Shown here one piece after another: positions 27,228-37,778 of a stretch of 64,000 nucleotides of DNA; position 1 is the stretch's first letter, and each line of letters begins with the position of its first letter. Both the position numbers and the translations under genes were made by a program. The notes beneath the pieces are model-generated. The model saw nothing but the letters and a program-made list of their open reading frames with translations. It was not told the DNA's origin and did not search any database. Origin of the DNA: Podarcis filfolensis (lineage: Eukaryota); assembly GCA_964270895.1 (NCBI GenBank), contig OZ185452.1, one strand, 5' to 3'.

Positions 27228-29707
27228 TTAATAGCAGCTTCAGGGGCAGCACGGTGGAAAAGGACTAAAAATGTGCTGTCTCTGTATGTACACCAAATAA
27301 GGAGGCAAATGAGGGTGAGTCAGGTCATGATTTTACATTCTCAACATAATTTCATCTACTTATGTGAAAAGGAAAATGTGTTGTAGTTATTTTTAGATTC
27401 TCTATTATAGTCAACAGGGATGAAACAGATTTTCAGATTTAACATCAGACCTGGACCTGAATAATAAATCAAAACAGAATGACACAGAACAGATCCAAAA
27501 GAGACTGGGTTGCTTCTAAATGCTACAAATATAAATACAAATAGAACCTTGTAATTGCTGTGCACCCCTCTTTAATATTTTCCCCGCACCTCTGCTCTGA
27601 TCAAAACCAGAACTTATTGTGAATGCTTTAAGCTTAAAAAAAATGTCAGGAGATCCTGCGGAGTGTTTGGCCTGGCCTCGATATATAGCAAAAGAACTAG
27701 CATTATAACTTAAAAAAATAAGCAACCAAAGTAACAAGCACTAAGCAAAGAAAAGTACCTAGGACAGGTATCTTTTTCTTTAAATGATGATTTGACAACT
27801 GTTTTTGCAAATGTGATTTTCCTGTCAGTGAATCTCCATCTTTAGAGAAAAATTTCATCTGTTCAATATCTGCATATCAAGCAGCACTTTTGGACTGAGA
27901 TATGGTCATCTAATTTTTTTATTATCATAATATATATATTACAAGTCTGGTTCAAACTTACTTATTGAATTACTATCAGGCACAACATGCAGCAGAATAG
28001 TCTGCAAATTGATTTGATTCATGGACATCTCCATATTTACTCCAGTTGCAGACATGGCATAGGCAAACCTTACATCTCTAGAGGAACAGTTTTCTTTGGT
28101 CAAGACAATTCATTCAAGGCAAGAGGTGAAGAGCAGACAATTTTGCAGTGAGGTTCCCCTGCCTTCTGTAACCTTGTGGTGAAATCTCATGATACTTAAA
28201 ACAAGGTTTAATATAAATGAAATCAAAACTTACATAGTTCTTTTCCAGCGCATCAAAGCACCCTTGAATCCTGCTGGAGCAGATATATTAATGAATGAAC
28301 ATTCATCCAAATATATATAGTGATAACATTCTTAGTTGCCAAATGGAGTTTAGAGCTCATAGCAAACAAAATGAAGGAATGCTCTGGAATGTAAAACCTG
28401 TGCCCAGTTAATCAATAGTAAGGATTATATAAATCTCTGGTTTTTGTACCATCCTTGGTTGGGGGTGTATGTAGAGAGTTTGTGCAGAGCCAGGCATCTG
28501 CTACAATCAATATCCACTATGGTATCTTCTTGATCATTTGGGATTTCTGTTTCTTACCACTTGACTATCTGGAGTGAACCCTGGCAGCTTTTATCTTCTC
28601 GAAGAATTTTTAGGCACATGTCTGGAGGAAGAAGAGAAGAAGAAGAGTTTGGATTTGATATCCCGCCTTTCACTCCCCTTCAGGAGTCTCAAAGCGGCTA
28701 ACAATCTCCTTTCCCTTCCTCCCCCACAACAAACACTCTGTGAGGTGAGTGGGGCTGAGAGACTTCAAAGAAGTGTGACTGGCCCAAGGTCACCCAGCAG
28801 CTGCATGTGGAGGAGCGGAGACGCGAACCCGGTTCCCCAGATTATGTGACTACCGCTCTTAACCACTACACCACACTGCAGTTAACAATGCAGTTAACTG
28901 GTGTTTGCCAAGTTGATTTCCAGCTACCAAATATTGGCTGCTTCCGGACAAGTGGCTTCAAGTTCAACCTAACTGCTCTTCCGTTGGAACTCAGAAGTAT
29001 TGTGCTTTTTCTATGTGTACATCTCACTATACTTGCAAACAGAGAGACAGAGACAAAGACAGAGAGAACAGCTTCAAATCCACATTAAGCTTCAATGTAA
29101 GGTAAAGGTAAAGGACCCCTGGACGGTTAAGTCCAGTCGAAGGCAACTGTGGGGTTGTGGCGCTCATCTCGCTTTCAGGCCAAGGGAGCTGGCGTTTGTC
29201 CACAGACAGCTTTCCAGGTCATGTGGCCAGCATGACTAAACTGCTTCTGGCACAACGGGACACCATGATGGAAACCAGAGCACACGGAAACAACGTTTAC
29301 CTTCCCACCACAGGGGTACCTATTTATCTACTTGCACCGGTGTGCTTTCAAACTGCTAGGTTGGCAGGAACTGGGACAGAGCAACAGGAGCTCACCCCAT
29401 CATGCAGATTCCAACTGCCCACCTTCTGATCAGCAAGCCCAAGAGGCTCAGTGGTTTAGACCACAGCGCCACCAGCATCCCTAAACTTCAATGTGGATAA
29501 GCCTGACATGTAATAACTGAAGAGTTCAATGAAACAGAAAAGGCAAAGGCAGCAAACGTTACCATCTAAATAGCAGGTTCCATAAGAGCTTTCTGGGAAG
29601 AGCCCTCGGAGGTAAGTTATGCAGGAGATTGAAACTGCTAGCAGCCTTTTCACCAAAACCATAGACTGCTGCTCAGTGGCAACTCTGTTTGGAAACAGAG
29701 ACGTTTC
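4666..29707 (-). CDS. HORMAD2: HORMA domain-containing protein 2, multi-exon gene span (first coding exon not resolved)
   Basis: Nine exons join in phase to [43 protein letters not shown]...[19 protein letters not shown] (882 nt). Motifs recalled from human HORMAD2 ([54 protein letters not shown]) match HORMAD2 better than HORMAD1. Confidence 0.93.
7611..7760 (+). mobile_element. tRNA-Lys-like SINE with CR1 3' tail
   Basis: gatagctcagtcggaagagcatgagact...gggttcaagcccc joined to gattcctacattg...ctatgattcta. Confidence 0.65.
10823..11426 (-). mobile_element. Sauria SINE interrupted by a nested CORE-type SINE (10925-11177)
   Basis: 15-bp TSD ctcttgagccaagta (10808, 11427); Sauria head/tail; nested element with (TTC)n tail. 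Confidence 0.9.
13994..14235. mobile_element. Tigger/pogo-like MITE
   Basis: TIRs cagtggtacctcggg / cccgaggtaccactg, TA TSD. Confidence 0.88.
14495..14829 (+). mobile_element. Sauria SINE
   Basis: 12-bp TSD taagaccacaca; tRNA head, ctttacc tail. Confidence 0.9.
16186..16439 (-). CDS. HORMAD2: HORMAD2 exon (254 nt) (V)[13 protein letters not shown]...[16 protein letters not shown]
   Basis: Acceptor cctttgcag; donor AAA|gtaaag (an alternative in-phase donor GAG|gttata would end the exon at 16174); TP-x-DYQPPGF safety-belt motif. Confidence 0.92.
16797..18600 (-). mobile_element. CR1 fragments interrupted by an LTR-like insert (17096-17589) and a Sauria SINE (18026-18308, +)
   Basis: CR1 3' motifs in reverse; SINE TSD gtcaagccag; LTR-like part has tgtaggg..., AATAAA near 17477 and ...ttccaaca. 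Confidence 0.7.
18799..18956 (-). CDS. HORMAD2: HORMAD2 exon (158 nt) ...[37 protein letters not shown]
   Basis: Acceptor ttgtttcag, donor gtaggt; HORMA core motif. Confidence 0.95.
21394..21461 (-). CDS. HORMAD2: HORMAD2 exon (68 nt) [22 protein letters not shown](S)
   Basis: Acceptor caatctccag, donor gtaaac; E-x-Y-x-FKFKY motif. Confidence 0.93.
21600..22062. mobile_element. hAT MITE
   Basis: TIRs caggggtc / gacccctg; perfect 8-bp TSD ccttagat. Confidence 0.9.
22404..22647. mobile_element. Tigger/pogo-like MITE
   Basis: TIRs cagtggtacctc / gaggtaacactg, TA TSD. Confidence 0.85.
22705..23053 (-). mobile_element. Sauria SINE
   Basis: 10-bp TSD tactcaaatg. Confidence 0.9.
23309..23490. 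mobile_element. hAT MITE with an internal 22-bp tandem repeat
   Basis: 17-bp TIRs cagtggcgtagcgtggg; 8-bp TSD gctgacag. Confidence 0.88.
23923..23949 (-). CDS. HORMAD2: HORMAD2 micro-exon (27 nt) IYTNPKEPE
   Basis: Acceptor ttcttaaaacag, donor gtaaga; matches the (V/L)YT(N/D)P motif. Confidence 0.88.
25652..25804. mobile_element. Palindromic hAT-type MITE (related copy 54871-55005 with TSD ctgtagat)
   Basis: caggcataggcaaactc / gagtttacctatgcctg; inner gactacaactcccatca palindrome. Confidence 0.8.
26337..26357 (-). CDS. HORMAD2: HORMAD2 micro-exon (21 nt) LHMAVLT
   Basis: Strong acceptor ttttgttttccag, donor gtaagt; matches LRMAVLT of mammalian HORMAD2 as recalled. Confidence 0.9.
28234..28270 (-). 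CDS. HORMAD2: HORMAD2 exon (37 nt) (W)[12 protein letters not shown]
   Basis: Acceptor ctccagcag, donor gtaagt; invariant GCFDALEK motif. Confidence 0.93.
28558..28621 (-). CDS. HORMAD2: HORMAD2 exon (64 nt) (D)[20 protein letters not shown](W)
   Basis: Acceptor ttcctccag, donor gtaaga; phase 1 in, phase 2 out. Confidence 0.93.
28626..28878 (-). mobile_element. tRNA-derived CORE-type SINE (Squam2-like)
   Basis: Minus strand cagtgtggtgtagtggttaagagc...ctgggtgaccttgggccagtcac...(TTC)n tail; same family as 10925-11177. Confidence 0.85.
29097..29480 (-). mobile_element. Sauria SINE (older subfamily)
   Basis: aaggtaaaggacccc...ccacagcgccaccagcatccc. Confidence 0.85.
29563..29707 (-). CDS. HORMAD2: HORMAD2 exon (145 nt) ETSLFPNRV...SYGTCYLD
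   Basis: Acceptor tcattttcag, donor gtaacg; HORMA N-terminal motif [14 protein letters not shown]. Confidence 0.95.
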
Positions 29708-30078
29708 CTGAAAATGATGAAAACATATTTCCTATTTGCTTTAGAAAACAAATAAATAATTGGAGGTCTACATTTTCTTCTTAAAATAATACTACAGGTT
29801 TGCTTTGTACCTTCAAAGTTTTGGGCTTCTGCCCAATATGCAAGAGTTGAGCAGTAGCCATATTCGTTCAGTTAACTGTTTTCCAAGGAGTATTGGACCT
29901 ACAGGAAGACAGATATGCTTGTGATAAGAAAGAGTTACTTCTAGGCAACCAGGGATTTCAGCTGCTCCCTGGCTGCCCCAGTTTTAGACTCCAAATGATT
30001 ACCATAAATATGGCAGGCTAGCAAAAGTTTTTGAAGACCATTAAGCTTTGGAGGCTGATTTTCAAGACTGACCTACGC

Positions 30079-32195
30079 CAAGGGTCAGCAAACTTTTTCA
30101 ACAGGGGGCCGGTCCACAGTCCCTCAGACCTTGTGGGGGGCCGGACTATATTTTTTTGGGGAAAGAAAAGAACAAATTCCTATGCCCCACAAATAACCCA
30201 GAGATGCATTTTAAATAAAAGCACACATTCTACTCATGTAGAAACACGCTGATTCCAGTACTCGTCCATGGGCCAGATTTATAAGGCAATTGGGCCGGAT
30301 CCGGCCCCCGGGCCTTAGTTTGCCTACTTATGCACTATTCAACAGCTATGGCTTACCTGAGTGTGTGTAATAGTTTTAGCTGCCTTTTATTCACATGCCA
30401 TTGATTAGAATAATTGTATTTTAATTTGGTGACAACAGTCACGAAATTAAAAGACACCTGCTCCTTGGGAGAAAGGCGATGACCTAGACCTAGAGAAACC
30501 TAGACAGCATCTTAAAAAGCAGAGACATCACCTTGCCAACAAAGGTCCGTATAGTTAAAGCCATGGTTTTCCCAGTAGTGATGTATGGAAGTGACAGCTG
30601 GACCATAAAGAAGGCTGATCGCCAAAGAATTGATGCTTTTGAATTATGGTGCTGGAGGAAACTCTTGAGAGTCCCATGGAATGCAAGAAGATCAAACGCA
30701 TCCATTCTTAAGGAAATTAGCCCTGAGTGCTCACTGGAAGGACAGATCGTGAAGCTGAGGCTCCAATACTTTGGCCACCTCATGAGAAGAGAAGACTCCC
30801 TGGAAAAGACCCTGATGTTGGGAAAGATGGAGGGCACAAGGAGAAGGGGATGACAGAGGACGAGATGGTTGGACAGTGTTCTCGAAGCTACAAACGTGAG
30901 TCTGACCAAACTGCGGGAGGCAGTGGAAGACAGAAGTGCCTGGCGTGCTCTGGTCCATGGGGTCACGAAGAGTCGGACACGACTAAACGACTAAACAACA
31001 ACATTTATAATTTAGTCGGCACCTTTCATCCATGTTACTCAAGGCAATGAACAATGTTATTTCCCTCTTCTCCTACCTCATTCCCAGTTACAAACATACT
31101 TGAAATAAAAAGCACTCAGATAGCAGGCTAGAAAAAAGCCTTTGCCTTAAACTAGGACAGAGGAAGGGAGACTAATGGTCTATGTGACTCAGTATATGTA
31201 CTGTACAAAGTTAATGAGTGTGACACGCAGGGATAAAGCATAAAGCTTCACTTCTTACTGAGAATCACATTTTCTGAGTATTAGAAATTGGTTCAGTTAC
31301 TGCTTTGAACCATAATAATATTATAAAGAATTGTATAGTCTTCCAGGTTTAAGCCCCAGGTTGAGCAAAAAGATTCCTGCATTGCAGGGGGTTGGACTAG
31401 ATTACCATTGGGATCCCTTCCAACTCTCCAGTTCTCCAGTTCTATGCCTGGGGGACCATACAGCTGTTAGCACCCAGATCATTCAGTTCCTGACAGAAGT
31501 TAGATGAATGCTGTTCTTGAAAGATATTACACAAGCAATTTTTTTATGTTCACAGCAAGAACCTCTGACCACTCGTGATAAAACACTCAGCCATGTCAGA
31601 AGTTCAGGTCTCATATTTTTTGCCCCTTCAACACCATGGCTTAAACATGGGCAGTTGCCCACTTAGCCGTGAACTATGACAGGGTCTTCTTGGTGGTGGC
31701 TCCCCATTGATGGAATGCCCTCCATGGGTGTAGCCAGGATTGTTTTTGAGGAGCAGGCTTTTGTTAGGGGAGGCAAATTTTTTTAGCGGGGGATAGAACC
31801 TCATATTTGTATTGATTTGTAGTGATTTTTTTGAGGGGGAAACAGCTGCCCCCCTGGCTATGCCCATGATGCCCTCCCTAGTGAGGTGCGTTTGTCTGCA
31901 ACCTTTAGGAGTAATTCAAAACTTTCCTGTTTATCCAGTGCATGGGTAGGCAAACTAAGGCCCCGGGCCGGATCGGGAGCCGGCCCAATCACCTTCTAAA
32001 TCCGGCCTGCGGACGGTCTAGGAATCAGCATGTTTTTATATGAATAGAATGTGTGCTTTTATTTAAAATGCATCTGCGGGTTATTTGTGGGGCATAGGAA
32101 CTCGTTCATTTCCCCCCCAAAATGTAGTCCGGCCCCCCACAAGGCCTGAGGGACAGTGGACTGGCCCCCTGCTGAAAAAGTTTGCTGACCCCTGA
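30079..32195. mobile_element. Three hAT-type MITEs: 30079-30330, 31723-31868 (TSD atgccctc), 31940-32195; all repeated in duplication unit 2
   Basis: cagcaaactttt...tttgccta termini in both orientations; TIR catgggtgtagcc / ggctatgcccatg. Confidence 0.75.
30436..31005 (+). mobile_element. BovB (RTE) LINE 3' fragment (duplicate at about 34448-35010)
   Basis: RT C-terminus KAMVFPVVMYGSDSWTIKKADRQRIDAFELWCWR...SLEK; tail gtcggacacgactaaac(aac)n. Confidence 0.93.
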
Positions 32196-32639
32196 TCCAG
32201 TGCATTTGAAGGCCGACAGATACTGTCCCTGGCAATTTTGGGTTGCACCAATGCTAGTCCTACTCAGAGCAGACCCACAGAGGGTAATTTATTTTTAATA
32301 AATGTGTATATACTTATAACAATATCCAAGTGGTTTCCAACAATTATACATACACTGTATGTACCATACAATAAGTTAGTGGGTGTGACTCATTTAAATC
32401 AATTAAGTTCCACAGGTTTACCCTGAGCAGGACTTAAGTTGGACACAATCCCTGAAATGTTTAGCTGTGAGGTGAATTTCTCCCCAGAGGTTTTTTAACT
32501 GCTCTTTTTTTGTTTGTTTAGTCGTTAATTGTATTGTTTTATTACAGAAGTGTTTGCCTCCCTGGGCTCATTTGCAATGAAGGGCGAAATTATAAATTTA
32601 AGAAATGAATACTAAGCGACCCCTGGAACGCGTGAAGGG

Positions 32640-33370
32640 CAGCTGAAGTGTCCCTGAGGAAGTGCAGAGCGCGTTTCCCTTGAGGATCAGATCAAAGGAG
32701 GGCTATTTTCAAACTGAGAAGAAACTGAGCCTCTCCAGACCTCTAATTAGGCTGTGGGCTATCTCGAAGTTGGGGCAAGCACTGGGGACGTTTGTTTCCT
32801 TCTTTCCCTATATATTTGGGGGGTTTTGCAACGGCGGGAGGGAAAGCCGCAATTTCCCTCAGACGGAGCTTCCCTTCAGGTCGAATAGAATCCTGCCCGC
32901 TTCCCGCCTAAATTCAACGGTCGACTCTGACGCTCCCTCAGGCGGGCGCTGAATTTAGGCGGGAAACGGGCAGGATTCTGTTCGACCCGAGGGGAAAAAA
33001 ACCTGAGGGAAAACCTCTGGTCTCGATGGACCAAGGGGCAGCTTCCTATTGTCTTGCAAATAAAGTTGGCTCGGGTGGAGGGAGGGAATCTGCTTCGCCA
33101 GCTCCGCTGCTTCCTCCTCCTCCTCCTCCAGTCTCTCCCCGAAACCATCAAAGAGATGCCAGCCCCTTCCAAGGTCCCGTTCAGGCTCGTCCTGCCGGCT
33201 ACTTGCGCAAGGGAAAGGGCGTCCTTTGTTTTGTTACAAGCCCCAGTTCCCGCCTGTTGGAAGGGGGAGGTGGCTCAAGGCGAAACAAACGCGCCCGCTA
33301 GGTTCTTTCTTCGGCCGCTATTGGTTTGCTTTTTGGCTTTTGGTTTGTTCCTTTATTTTGGCAAGTTGGC
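32640..33370. promoter_or_regulatory. CpG-rich bidirectional promoter candidate for HORMAD2 (-) and the AidB-like ACAD (+), copy 1 (copy 2 at about 36640-37490)
   Basis: Local CpG enrichment between two divergently oriented genes; GGCGGGA/TTCCCGCC (E2F-type) and CAACGG (MYB-type) motifs. TSS not determinable. Confidence 0.65.
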
Positions 33371-33503
33371 CATGTGAACGCCTTGCAAGCCGAAGCTGTC
33401 AAACTGCGAAGTTTGGTTGCAAAACTTAGGGCAAGCAGGGAATCAAAAGTGCAAAGCTTGGGGCAAGAGGCGAATCGCGTTTCCCAAAGGCTGGAATCAG
33501 CAA

Positions 33504-33662
33504 ATGGAGGCCATGGATCAAAAATGCTCCTCACAACACCCAAGAGAGCTTTTTGCCAGGAAAGAAATTGGGGTCTTTTGTCAAGAACAGCCTAGGATTG
33601 GAAATCCATATCTGGAAGATGCTTTTCTTCAGGATTACTTGAAATCACAGCTACCAGCTGAG
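33504..33662 (+). CDS. Duplicated AidB-like ACAD exon 1 (copy 1), intact, potential alternative first exon
   Basis: Same peptide as 37620-37778, intact donor gtctgt; followed by the duplication junction at 33892. Confidence 0.7.
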
Positions 33663-36600
33663 GTCTGTATTTTATATATGTCATATTATATACATAGACA
33701 CACAGATATATATTTAATGCGCGCGCACACACACACACACAAAAAGGTTCTGTTCTCTCACCTGTTTTATTTGACCTTAAATAGGAAGGTACCTTCCACT
33801 GAATCAAACCAATTGGCCTATCTAGCTCAGTATATTTGACTGGCAACAGCTCTCCAGGGGTTTGGACAGGGAACCTTTCCCAGCCCTACCTAGCCCTGTA
33901 GGTATTGGACCTACAGGAAGACAGATATGCCTGTGATAAGAAAGAGTTACTTCTAGGCAACCAGGGATTTCAGCTGCTCCCTGGCTGCCCCAGTTTTAGA
34001 CTCCAAATGATTACCATAAATATGGCAGGCTAGCAAAAGTTTTTGAAGACCATTAAGCTTTGGAGGCTGATTTTCAAGACTGACCTACGCCAAGGGTCAG
34101 CAAACTTTTTCAACAGGGGGCCAGTCCACAGTCCCTCAGACCTTGTGGGGGGCCGGACTATTTTTGGGGGGGGAAAGAAAAGAACAAATTCCTATGCCCC
34201 ACAAATAACCCAGAGATGCATTTTAAATAAAAGCACACATTCTACTCATGTAGAAACACGCTGATTCCAGTACTCGTCCATGGGCCAGAATTATAAGGCA
34301 ATTGGGTCGGATCCGGCCCCCGGGCCTTAGTTTGCCTACTTATGCACTATTCAACAGCTATTGCTTACCTGAGTGTGTGTAATAGTTTTAGCTGCCTTTT
34401 ATTCACATGCCATTGATTAGAATAATTGTATTTTAATTTGGTGACAACAGTCACGAAATTAAAAGACACCTGCTCCTTGGGAGAAAGGCGATGACCTAGA
34501 CCTAGAGAAACCTAGACAGCATCTTAAAAAGCAGAGACATCACCTTGCCAACAAAGGTCTGTATAGTTAAAGCCATGGTTTTCCCAGTAGTGATGTATGG
34601 AAGTGACAGCTGGACCATAAAGAAGGCTGATCGCCAAAGAATTGATGCTTTTGAATTATGGTGCTGGAGGAAACTCTTGAGAGTCCCATGGAATGCAAGA
34701 AGATCAAACGCATCCATTTTTAAGGAAATTAGCCCTGAGTGCTCACTGGAAGGACAGATCGTGAAGCTGAGGCTCCAATACTTTGGCCACCTCATGAGAA
34801 GAGAAGACTCCCTGGAAAAGACCCTGATGTTGGGAAAGATTGAGGGCACAAGGAGAAGGGGACGACAGAGGACGAGATGGTTGGACAGTGTTCTTGAAGC
34901 TACAAACGTGAGTCTGACCAAACTGCGGGAGGCAGTGGAAGACAGAAGTGCCTGGCGTGCTCTGGTCCATGGGGTCACGAAGAGTGGGACACGACTAAAC
35001 AACAACATTTATAAGTTAGTCGGCACCTTTCATCCATGTTACTCAAGGCAATGAACAATGTTATTTCCCTCTTCTCCTACCTCATTCCCAGTTACAAACA
35101 TACTTGAAATAAAAAGCACTCAGATAGCAGGCTAGAAAAAAGCCTTTGCCTTAAACTAGGACAGAGGAAGGGAGACTAATGGTCTATGTGACTCAGTATA
35201 TGTACTGTACAAAGTTAATGAGTGTGACACGCAGGGATAAAGCATAAAGCTTCACTTCTTACTGAGAATCACATTTTCTGAGTATTAGAAATTGGTTCAG
35301 TTACTGCTTTGAACCATAATAATATTATAAAGAATTGTATAGTCTTCCAGGTTTGAGCCCCAGGTTGAGCAAAAAGATTCCTGCATTGCAGGGGGTTGGA
35401 CTAGATTACCATTGGGATCCCTTCCAACTCTCCAGTTCTCCAGTTCTATGCCTGGGGGACCATACAGCTATTAGCACCCAGATCATTCAGTTCCTGACAG
35501 AAGTTAGATGAATGCTGTTCTTGAAAGATATTACACAAGCAATTTTTTTATGTTCACAGCAAGAACCTCTGACCACTCGTGATAAAACACTCAGCCATGT
35601 CAGAAGTTCAGGTCTCATATTTTTTGCCCCTTCAACACCATGGCTTAAACATGGGCAGTTGCCCACTTAGCCGTGAACTATGACAGGGTCTTCTTGGTGG
35701 TGGCTCCCCATTGATGGAATGCCCTCCATGGGTGTAGCCAGGATTGTTTTTGAGGAGCAGGCTTTTGTTAGGGGAGGCAAATTTTTGTTAGTGGGGGATA
35801 GAACCTCATATTTGTATTGATTTGTACTGATTTTTTTGAGGGGGAAACAGCTGCCCCGCTGGCTATGCCCATGATGCCCTCCCTAGTGAGGTGCGTTTGT
35901 CTGCAACCTTTAGGAGTAATTCAAAACTTTCCTGTTTATCCAGTGCATGGGTAGGCAAACTAAGGCCCCGGGCCGGATCGGGAGCCGGCCCAATCGCCTT
36001 CTAAATCCGGCCTGCGGACGGTCTGGGAATCAGCATGTTTTTATATGAATAGAATGTGTGCTTTTATTTAAAATGCATCTGTGGGTTATTTGTGGGGCAT
36101 AGGAACTCGTTCATTTCCCCCCCCAAAATGTAGTCCGGCCCCCCACAAGGCCTGAGGGACAGTGGACTGGCCCCCTGCTGAAAAAGTTTGCTGACCCCTG
36201 ATCCAGTGCATTTGAAGGCCGACATACTGTCCCTGGCAATTTTGGGTTGCACCAATGCTAGTCCTACTCAGAGCAGACCCACAGAGGGTTATTTATTTTT
36301 AATAAATGTGTATATACTTATAACAATATCCAAGTGGTTTCCAACAATTATACATACACTGTATGTACCATACAATAAGTTAGTGGGTGTGACTCATTTA
36401 AATCAATTAAGTTCCACAGGTTTACCCTGAGCAGGACTTAAGTTGGACACAATCCCTGAAATGTGAGGTGAATTTCTCCCCAGAGGTTTTTTAACTGCTC
36501 TTTTTTTGTTTGTTTAGTCGTTAATTGTATTGTTTTATTACAGAAGTGTTTGCCTCCCTGGGCTCATTTGCAATGAAGGGCGAAATTATAAATTTAAGAA

Positions 36601-37619
36601 ATGAATACTAAGCGACCCCTGGAACGCGTGAAGGGCAGCTGAAGTGTCCCTGAGCAAGTGCAGAGTGCGTTTCCCTTGAGGATCAGATCAAAGGAGGGCT
36701 ATTTTCAAACTGAGAAGAAACTGAGCCTCTCCAGACCTCTAATTAGGCTGTGGGCTATCTCGAAGTTGGGGCAAGCACTGGGGACGTTTGTTTCCTTCTT
36801 TCCCTATATATTTGGGGGGTTTTGCAACGGCGGGAGGGAAAGCCGCAATTTCCCTCAGACGGAGCTTCCCTTCAGGTCGAATAGAATCCTGCCCGCTTCC
36901 CGCCTAAATTCAACGGTCGACTCTGACGCTCTCCTCAGGTGGGCGCTGAATTTAGGCGGGAAACGGGCAGGATTCTGTTCGACCCGAGGGGGGAAATCTC
37001 TGGCCGTTTATTTTTTTATTAAATCATTAATCCGGGTTCAGTGCCTCAAAGCATCTATCTCCAAAAGCTGGGCTGGGAGAAACTCGCTGCCTGAAAACCT
37101 GGAGAGCGATTGCTGCCAGGGTTTGTGGACAATACTGAGCTCGATGGACCAAGGGGCAGCTTCCTATTTTCTTGCAAGTAAAGTTGGCTCGGGTGGAGGG
37201 AGGGAATCTGCTTCGCCAGCTCCGCTGCTTCCTCCTCCTCCTCCTCCAGTCTCCCCGAAACCATCAAAGAGATGCCAGCCCCTTCCAAGGTCCCGTTCAG
37301 GCTCGTCCTGCCGGCTACTTGCGCAAGGGAAAGGGCGTCCTTTGTTTTGTTACAAGCCCCAGTACCCGCCTGTTGGAAGGGAGAGGTGGCTCAAGGCGAA
37401 ACAAACGCGCCCGCTAGGTTCTTTCTTCGGCCGCTATTGGTTTGCTTTTTGGCTTTTGATTTGTTCATTTATTTTGGCAAGTTGGCCATGTGAACGCCTT
37501 GCAAGCCGAAGCTGTCAAACTGCGAAGTTTGGTTGCAAAGCTTAGGGCAAGCAGGGAATCAAAAGTGCAAAGCTTGGGGCAAGAGGCGAATCGCGTTTTC
37601 CAAAGGCTGGAATCAGCAA

Positions 37620-37778
37620 ATGGAGGCCATGGATCAAAAATGCTCCTCACAACACCCAAGGGAGCTTTTTGCCAGGAAAGAAATTGGGGTCTTTTGTCAA
37701 GAGCAGCCTAGGATTGGAAATCCATACCTGGAAGATGCTTTTCTTCAGGATTACTTGAAATCACAGCTACCCGCTGAG
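37620..37778 (+). CDS. AidB-like ACAD exon 1 (copy 2, contiguous with the rest of the gene) MEAMDQK...YLKSQLPAE
   Basis: [15 protein letters not shown] motif; donor gtctgt; start codon uncertain (37620 or 37629). Confidence 0.85.

Noticed and set aside
36658-37545. 295-aa ORF across the promoter
   Set aside because: GTG start, built from promoter and SINE sequence, broken in copy 1, no homology recognisable.
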